This document shows positions 58,078 through 64,000 of a stretch of 64,000 nucleotides of DNA, in pieces (within the stretch, counting starts at the first letter, position 1; the number at the start of each line of letters is the position of its first letter). Made by a program: the position numbers and the translations under genes. This DNA comes from Minisyncoccota bacterium. Its GTDB lineage: Bacteria > Patescibacteriota > Minisyncoccia > Phycocordibacterales > DATDWN01. The stretch spans positions 2,369 through 66,368 of the forward strand of contig JBAZZC010000006.1 in assembly GCA_041658985.1 (NCBI GenBank), written 5' to 3'. A model generated the notes under the pieces. The model was not told the origin of the DNA, ran no database searches, and worked only from the letters and a program-made list of their open reading frames with translations.

Positions 58078-60180
58078 TTAGATATCAATATTGGCGCGAG
58101 TGGCATTAGACTGGATAAATGACTTCCTGGCTGGAACGTCAGTTCCCATGAGGACATCAAAAACCTTGTCTGCAGAAACAGTATCGTCAACTACAACTTG
58201 TTTTAGGATTCTTCTTGCTGGGTCCATTGTTGTCTCCCACAATTCTTCCGAGTTCATTTCTCCAAGACCTTTGTAACGCTGAATATTTATTCGTCCCGAT
58301 GCCGATGTTGCTTTCTTTGATTGCTTTCCCTCTTTTTCCGATTCATCCTCCTCTAGTTCACTTTCAACCTCGGCACTGGTATTGTTTTCAATCTCGTCAA
58401 TTTCGGCAATAGGACGACCAACAATTTTTGCTTTTTCTTCATCAGAATATGCGTAAAACACTTCCTTACCTTTTTTTATTTTATAAAGTGGCGGTTGTGC
58501 AATATAAACAAACCCACCATCAATAAGCGGTCTGAAATATCTGTAAAGCAAAGTCAAAATAAGTGTGCGAATATGCGCACCATCAACATCAGCATCCGTT
58601 GCTATGATTATTTTGTGATAGCGAAGTTTAGAAACATCAAATGTGTCGCCTATTGCCGTCCCCAAAGCAATAACTAAATTCCTGATTTGCTCTGATTCAA
58701 GAAGTCTATCCAGTCTTGCTCTCTCAATATTTAAAATTTTTCCTCGGAGTGGAAGTATGGCCTGTGTTCGTCTGTCTCGCCCAGTCTTTGCCGTACCACC
58801 AGCAGAATCTCCTTCCACAATAAACAATTCTGAATCTTCTGCGCTTTTACTTTGACAATCCGCAAGTTTTCCTGGAAGGGTCATGCCTTCCAAAGCGCCC
58901 TTTCGTAAAACAGAATCTTTGGCTGCCTTTGCGGCTTTTCTGGCCTTCAGGGCAATAACTACCTTATTGATTATAGCCTTAGCATCATCGGGATTTTCTT
59001 CTAGAAAATAGGTAAAGGCTTCGGAAAAAACTGTATTAACAGAACTTTGTGCCTCCACAGAGCCTAATTTTGCCTTTGTTTGACCCTCAAATTGAACTTC
59101 ACGAAGCATAACTGAAATAACTGCAGTCAAGCCTTCCAGCACGTCTTCCCCTGTAAAATTATCCTCCGAATCTTTAATTAAATTATTTTTTCTACCATAT
59201 GTATTTAATGTTCTAGTCAGTGCTGTTTTAAAACCAGTAACATGTGTTCCGCCTTCGGAGTTATAAATATTATTCGCAAAAGGTAAAAGCCTACAAGAAA
59301 TATCATCTACATATTGAAGAGATATTTCCACTGATTCATATTCGTTGGTTTTCTTTTCTATGTAAAAAACATTTTTATGAATCGGTTTTTGGTCACTGTT
59401 GTAAAATTTTACAAGAGACAGAAGACCCCCCTCAAAATAAAACGTCATTGAAGGAATCTCTAGTCCCAGTTCAGTTATATTAAAAACTTCATCTTCTTTT
59501 ATTTTTCCCGTAAAGCCTCTGGCATCATTTACTACAATTCTCAAACCCTTAACAAGATATGCCTGTTGACGAAGATGTTCTACGATATTATTAAAATCAA
59601 ACTCAACAATTGGAAAAATTGATTTATCTGGCTCAAATATAACAATCGTTCCGTTTTGCTTAGTCGTTCCGATTTTTTTTACAGCCGCTTTCTTTTTTCC
59701 CTGAGAATATTCTTGCATGTAAATTCCTCCATCTTTATATACTGTAACTTTACAATAAATAGAAAGTGCATTTACAACAGAAGCTCCCACACCGTGAAGA
59801 CCTCCAGAGACCTTATAGCCACCATCCTCACCCCCAAACTTACCTCCGGCGTGAAGTGTGGTCATAATTGTCTCAAGTGCAGAAACTTTCGTCTGTTTAT
59901 GAATGTCCACCGGAATACCACGACCGTTGTCTGTAACACGCACACGATTTCCGGGTAAAAGAGTAACTTCAATGTGGTTGGCAAAACCTCCCATCGCCTC
60001 GTCGCGAGAGTTGTCAAATATCTCCGTTATAAGGTGATGAAGTCCATCGGGCCCTGTTGTACCTATGTACATACCTGGGCGCTTCCTGACGGGCTCTAGG
60101 CCCTCTAAAATGGTGATTGCATCTGCCCCGTAAGAGTCTGTCGTAGCTTTCGCCTTATATGTCTTTGGGTTCTTGGCCAT
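58078..60180 (-). CDS. gyrB: DNA gyrase subunit B
   Basis: GHKL ATPase (HAGGKFGG), TOPRIM (EGDSAGG) and a GyrB C-terminal tail. 700 aa. Confidence 0.95.
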   Translation of the reverse strand: MAKNPKTYKAKATTDSYGADAITILEGLEPVRKRPGMYIGTTGPDGLHHLITEIFDNSRDEAMGGFANHIEVTLLPGNRVRVTDNGRGIPVDIHKQTKVSALETIMTTLHAGGKFGGEDGGYKVSGGLHGVGASVVNALSIYCKVTVYKDGGIYMQEYSQGKKKAAVKKIGTTKQNGTIVIFEPDKSIFPIVEFDFNNIVEHLRQQAYLVKGLRIVVNDARGFTGKIKEDEVFNITELGLEIPSMTFYFEGGLLSLVKFYNSDQKPIHKNVFYIEKKTNEYESVEISLQYVDDISCRLLPFANNIYNSEGGTHVTGFKTALTRTLNTYGRKNNLIKDSEDNFTGEDVLEGLTAVISVMLREVQFEGQTKAKLGSVEAQSSVNTVFSEAFTYFLEENPDDAKAIINKVVIALKARKAAKAAKDSVLRKGALEGMTLPGKLADCQSKSAEDSELFIVEGDSAGGTAKTGRDRRTQAILPLRGKILNIERARLDRLLESEQIRNLVIALGTAIGDTFDVSKLRYHKIIIATDADVDGAHIRTLILTLLYRYFRPLIDGGFVYIAQPPLYKIKKGKEVFYAYSDEEKAKIVGRPIAEIDEIENNTSAEVESELEEDESEKEGKQSKKATSASGRINIQRYKGLGEMNSEELWETTMDPARRILKQVVVDDTVSADKVFDVLMGTDVPARKSFIQSNATRANIDI

Positions 60181-60424
60181 GATTTTCTGGTATTTTTCTT
60201 TAATTATATAGTATGTATTATAGCAAAAAGTGGAGTCAGAAGCTAGTCTTTTTTGGTATTATTTTGCGTCTTTGTGTGGATATGTTAGACTTATTTTATG
60301 AGCAAAAATCTACAGCAAAACACAGTTGGATTTTTCTTCTTTAGCACTCAATCCCGAGAGCCGATGTTTGTGCTGTAGAAACCCCAAAAACTTACAACCT
60401 AAACACCAGCTCTCGAGGCTGGTG

Positions 60425-60570
60425 TTTACCCGCTACACTAACTTTACCATTGTTTTTGTATTCTAATTCAAAATGTTGTTGAATAGTGTTTTTTTCATGA
60501 GACTACTGAAAATAATAGTAGTATTCTGTTAGAAAAACAGAATGATGGTAAAGTTAGTGTGCGGGTTTAC
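60425..60570. repeat. Paired-arm inverted-repeat element, family 1 copy D (between divergent gyrB and pheS)
   Basis: Arms TTTACCCGCTACACTAACTTTACCATTG and AATGATGGTAAAGTTAGTGTGCGGGTTTAC. The arm-specific variants CCCGC and TTTACCAT co-vary. Confidence 0.6.
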
Positions 60571-60602
60571 TTTTTAATAATTTTTAACTAAACTATAAAA
60601 AC

Positions 60603-61418
60603 ATGAAAAAAACCATCTATAAAGTGCCAACAGACGAACAAGATAAGCTCTTAAAAGAGTTGGAAGGCAGGAGTGATACAGAGGCAGTACGAATAAAACA
60701 CTACTTAGCCATGGAGGACTTGTCTCGAACAAAAGGCAACCCTTTATGTGAAATTGTAGAAAAAGTAACAAATTTACCGAATTTGAAGGATTTTGACCAC
60801 ATTAATATCCCAGAAGTTATACCAACAAGTATAATCTTTGATTTGTTCGGTTTTTCGGCTGATCATCCAGCTCGAAGTAAATCTGACACATATTATGTAG
60901 ACGAGAAAAATGTTTTGCGTACGCACGATACGGTTATGTGGTATTACTATTTCAACTTACCAGAAGTAAAAGAAAAAATAGCAAGGGGTGAGGATTTGGG
61001 AGTCTTCTGTTATGGTAAAGTCTACCGTAAGGATGAGATAGACCGAAAACACATGAATATTTTCCACCAAATGGGCGCTCTTTATCTTGTGCCAGACAGT
61101 AAAAGAACGGTACCGTTTGATGAATTAAAAAAGGTGTTGGCAGATATTGTAGAAACAGTTTTCGGAAAAGAGATAAAATATCGTTTCTCTCCTGAGACAT
61201 TCCCCTACACAGACCCATCGACTGAAGTCGAAGTTGAAATAAATAACGAATGGTTTGAGATACTAGGTAGTGGTATGCCAAAAAAGGAGGTTTTGAAAAA
61301 TTTTGGTATTGAAGGTTATAACGGTTGGGCTTTTGGATTTGGTCTGGAAAGACTAGCTATAATTGACATGGAATTACCTGATATTCGCCGCTTTGGTCAA
61401 AAGACCCAAGGGTTATAA
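60603..61418 (+). CDS. pheS: Phenylalanyl-tRNA synthetase catalytic core of mitochondrial/monomeric type (no N-terminal coiled coil), truncated by a frameshift
   Basis: HPARSKSDTYYV, LRTH, GKVYRKDEIDRKHMNIFHQ, motif 2 YRFSPETFPYTDPSTEVEVEI and motif 3 AFGFGLERLAII. Ends ...DIRRFGQKTQGL*. Confidence 0.8.
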   Translation: MKKTIYKVPTDEQDKLLKELEGRSDTEAVRIKHYLAMEDLSRTKGNPLCEIVEKVTNLPNLKDFDHINIPEVIPTSIIFDLFGFSADHPARSKSDTYYVDEKNVLRTHDTVMWYYYFNLPEVKEKIARGEDLGVFCYGKVYRKDEIDRKHMNIFHQMGALYLVPDSKRTVPFDELKKVLADIVETVFGKEIKYRFSPETFPYTDPSTEVEVEINNEWFEILGSGMPKKEVLKNFGIEGYNGWAFGFGLERLAIIDMELPDIRRFGQKTQGL

Positions 61419-61741
61419 AGCAATTAAAGCTTGGCCAAAAATTCGTAGAGGTCAGTAAATATCCACCTATCGTCCGTGATATTTCATTTGTTGTCAAAAA
61501 TGATTTCATACCAAATGATTATTTTGACCTGGTTAGAGAAACAGCCCCCAATCTTGTTGAAGAAGTTCATCTGTTGGACAAATATGAAAATGAAGAAAAA
61601 TTCGGAAAAGAGATGGTAAGTTATGCTTTTAGAATTACCTACCGCTCCACAGAAAGAACTCTTGCTTCCGAGGAAATAGATGTGATTCACAAAAAACTTG
61701 AACAGGAAACTACAAGAATATTCAACGCAAAGGTTCGTTAA
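61403..61741 (+). pseudogene. Frame-shifted continuation encoding an FDX-ACB (ferredoxin-fold anticodon-binding) domain. Together with 60603-61418 it would form a ~379-aa monomeric PheRS.
   Basis: The -1 frame reads DPRVIKQLKLGQKFVEVSKYPPIVRDISFVVKNDF...RITYRSTERTLASEEID, which is typical of FDX-ACB. The junction is at the A-run CAAAAGACCC near 61398-61404. One extra A would restore DIRRFGQKDPRVIKQL, matching the PheS C-terminal consensus. Confidence 0.55.
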
Positions 61742-61753
61742 ACAACATTAAAA

Positions 61754-63001
61754 ATGCCTGATATTTCAAATATAATTACATATATATTTTTATTTATATC
61801 TCTTTACTTTGAGGTCTTTATCCTTATTACTTACTTTGAAAACCGTCTCGAAATAAAAAGTGAGGAAAATTTTATAACCCTCGGAGTAAAAAAATATCCA
61901 ACAGTTACAATAATAGTTCCGTGTTGGAATGAAGAATTTACTGTTTCAAAAACTATACATTCTTTGCTCTCTCTGGATTATCCAAAAAGTAAGCTGAAAA
62001 TAATGGTTATAGATGATGGCTCCACAGACAAAACTTGGGAGAAAATCCAAAAGTTCAAAAATAATTCGCAGGTTGAAATATACACCAAGACCAATGGGGG
62101 TAAATACACCGCATTAAACTTTGGAATCTCAAAAATGAGTAGTGATTTGGTGGGTTGTCTCGACGCGGATTCATATGTTCATAAAGATGCACTAAAAAAT
62201 ATTGTGGTTTATTTTCAAGACAAAGAAACAATGGCCGTTGCTCCATCGGTAAGGTTGTGGCAACCAAAAGGCCCTCTTCAACTTTTGCAAAAAGTAGACT
62301 ATGCTTTTGGAATATTTAACAGAAAGATGTTTCATTATTTGCAAGCTGTCTATATTACACCAGGACCGTTCTCCATATTCAGACTTGATGTCTTCAAAAA
62401 ACTCGGAGGGTACAGACACGCTCATAATACAGAAGATATAGAGATTGCCCTCAGAATGCAGAAGAACGGTTACAAAATTGTTCACGCTCATAATGCTATG
62501 GTTTATACAGTCGCTCCAAACAGTTTAAGAAAATTACTCAAACAAAGGACCCGATGGGTTTATGGTTTTATTAAAAACGCTGGTGATTACAGACAAATGT
62601 TTTTCAAAAGAAAATACGGAAATCTCGGAGTTTTTATTTTGCCTATGGCTGCGATTTCAATTATTTCTATCTTAAGTATTGCCAGTATCTCAATCATTAG
62701 TGTATTAAATCTTTTATCGAACAAGTACTTGGAAATACAAGCTGTGGGATTAAGTTTTCATTGGCCATTTAGCAGGTTTGAGTGGTTTTATGTAAACACA
62801 GAAATCATCTCAATTGTTGCAATAATAACCACTGTCGGAACAATAACAATGATAGTAATCTCAAAAAGAATGGCTGAAGGAAAATTCAATCTTGGAATGG
62901 ACTTGATATATTTTCTAACATTGTATATGTTTATAGCGCCCTTGTGGATTGGTAAAGCAGTCTACAATGTCATATTCAGCATTAAAGCCTCCTGGAGATA
63001 A
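61754..63001 (+). CDS. Family-2 glycosyltransferase (membrane-embedded, cellulose/chitin-synthase-like topology)
   Basis: GT-A motifs (DDGSTD, DAD, QRTRW-like QxxRW) with N-terminal and C-terminal TM segments. Confidence 0.75.
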   Translation: MPDISNIITYIFLFISLYFEVFILITYFENRLEIKSEENFITLGVKKYPTVTIIVPCWNEEFTVSKTIHSLLSLDYPKSKLKIMVIDDGSTDKTWEKIQKFKNNSQVEIYTKTNGGKYTALNFGISKMSSDLVGCLDADSYVHKDALKNIVVYFQDKETMAVAPSVRLWQPKGPLQLLQKVDYAFGIFNRKMFHYLQAVYITPGPFSIFRLDVFKKLGGYRHAHNTEDIEIALRMQKNGYKIVHAHNAMVYTVAPNSLRKLLKQRTRWVYGFIKNAGDYRQMFFKRKYGNLGVFILPMAAISIISILSIASISIISVLNLLSNKYLEIQAVGLSFHWPFSRFEWFYVNTEIISIVAIITTVGTITMIVISKRMAEGKFNLGMDLIYFLTLYMFIAPLWIGKAVYNVIFSIKASWR

Positions 63002-63142
63002 ATCCGCACACTAACTCTAGCATTGTCTTTTTTGTTGCAGGGGTTAGTATCAAAATAATAGATTTTATTAATATAATAGTAGATAGCATTACTAAGTTTG
63101 GAAAGACGATGCAACGATGCCAGAGTTAGTGTGCGGATAAAA
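63000..63142. repeat. Paired-arm inverted-repeat element, family 1 copy E (between the GT2 stop and the next gene's start)
   Basis: Arms AAATCCGCACACTAACTCTAGCATTGTC and GATGCCAGAGTTAGTGTGCGGATAAAAC. The left arm starts at the GT2 stop codon and the right arm ends 1 nt before the ATG at 63144. Confidence 0.65.
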
Positions 63143-63143
63143 C

Positions 63144-63848
63144 ATGGAACCAAAAAAAATAAGCTCAAAAAAATATCTGTTTTCTTTTATTATTACCGCA
63201 ATAATATTTGCGACTGCGATTTACCTTAGTAATTATTTTAGTCAGAAAAAACTAGATGAAATAAGAAACATCCAAGACAAAATATCTATTGACATCCTCT
63301 CCTCAGAAACTCAATTTTCCTTGCTCGAACAATCTCTTTGTAAAGATTTGGGTACAGGAACGTTGTCTTCTGAGCTCGGTGAGCTCGAAAACAAGCTAAC
63401 ATATACAGAAAACACCAGAGGGACAAATGACCCGGAAGTTTCAACCCTTAAAAGATATTATTCCCTTCTGGAAATCAAGGACTATCTGTTAATGAATAAG
63501 ATAAGTGAAAAATGCAAGAAAACACCACTCTCAATAATATATTTTTATTCAACAAATAATGACTGCCTGGACTGCGAAAAGGAGGGCTATGTATTAACCA
63601 AACTTAGAGAAACCTATCCAGAGCTACGAATATACTCTTTTGACTACAACCTAGACCTGTCAGCGGTTAAAACTCTCATATCTATAAATAAAATTAAAAA
63701 CGAACTCCCTGCTCTTATAATTAAAGAGAAAACTTATTATGGTTTTCAAAGTATAGAAGATTTGGAGAAAATTATACCAGAATTACAGACACTCAAAAAA
63801 GAAAAAGAGGCCACAAGCACAACGGCTACAACGACAAAGAGAGATTAG
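63144..63848 (+). CDS. Membrane-anchored hypothetical protein with a CxxC (CLDC) motif, possibly thioredoxin-like
   Basis: N-terminal TM segment, coiled region, ...NNDCLDCEKEG... and a Thr-rich C-terminal tail. Confidence 0.45.
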   Translation: MEPKKISSKKYLFSFIITAIIFATAIYLSNYFSQKKLDEIRNIQDKISIDILSSETQFSLLEQSLCKDLGTGTLSSELGELENKLTYTENTRGTNDPEVSTLKRYYSLLEIKDYLLMNKISEKCKKTPLSIIYFYSTNNDCLDCEKEGYVLTKLRETYPELRIYSFDYNLDLSAVKTLISINKIKNELPALIIKEKTYYGFQSIEDLEKIIPELQTLKKEKEATSTTATTTKRD

Positions 63849-64000
63849 GGGTTTTTAATATACTTATTCATCCTCCACTTTCTACCCTTTCCCTTGTTTA
63901 AATTTTTAAAATAAGGTGTTAGAGAATGACAATTTGGACACAGCAATCTCAAGTTTGCTTCTTTGTTGTTTTCTGAATTACCATCAATGTGATCTACCTC

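Noticed and set aside
61403-61741. Independent small gene for the FDX-ACB domain
   Set aside because: There is no start codon or RBS at its beginning. The frame continues the pheS C-terminal consensus after a single-base shift, so it is treated as the frameshifted 3' part of pheS.
2865-63142. Family-1 elements as classical MITEs of the resident IS1595
   Set aside because: No target-site duplications were found. The arms co-vary within copies instead of matching a master end. The IS copy itself shows no matching terminal inverted repeats. A mobile origin is kept only as a secondary hypothesis.
1-64000. CRISPR array, cas1 or another cas operon to go with the Cas2-like gene
   Set aside because: No regularly spaced direct repeats and no Cas1-like ORF anywhere in the window. 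The Cas2-like gene is treated as a solo gene.

Overview
The window is an AT-rich (~35% GC), tightly packed housekeeping segment of a small bacterial genome. A Patescibacteria/CPR-like origin is inference only. Supported genes in coordinate order are typA/bipA, truB, hisS, uppP, a UvrD/PcrA-type helicase fused to a Cas4/RecB-type Fe-S nuclease, rpoB, rpoC, dnaG, rpoD, lexA, rpsP, a KH-domain gene, trmD, rnr, a PEP-utilising enzyme, a short SMC-like ATPase, rnc, a NusB-NUDIX fusion, a probable rpmF (L32), rnhB, dnaE, thrS, gyrB, a mitochondrial-type monomeric PheRS and a GT2 glycosyltransferase. rpoB, rpoC, dnaG and rpoD lie contiguously on the minus strand in that order. One IS1595-family transposase sits beside a tRNA gene and a short operon of membrane peptides. 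Two things dominate beyond the gene list. (1) At least 13 compositionally foreign GC-rich mini-cassettes (~50-62% GC) sit between housekeeping genes. Each is a self-contained transcription unit with a sigma70-like promoter, a GGAGG-type RBS, one or two small ORFs and a hairpin terminator. One cassette sits inside the rpsP-KH-trmD operon. (2) A family of ~145-bp intergenic elements (seven copies plus a solo arm) has ~30-bp terminal inverted repeats of the form TTTATCCGCACACTAACT.... The two arms of each copy co-vary, and the outer end of an arm abuts a start codon. A second, related pair of such elements sits upstream of rpoB. Further items are a Thr-codon leader peptide plus terminator (classic attenuator architecture) upstream of thrS, a frameshifted monomeric PheRS (catalytic core plus FDX-ACB domain), a solo Cas2/VapD-like gene behind a 28-bp perfect palindrome, a Cheo-type LexA box between the lexA operon and the IS transposase, a duplicated ~160-nt structured element, converging ACGAAT hexamer arrays between nusB and rnc, and a Lys-rich N-terminal tail on sigma-70. 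No CRISPR array, rRNA or prophage was found.
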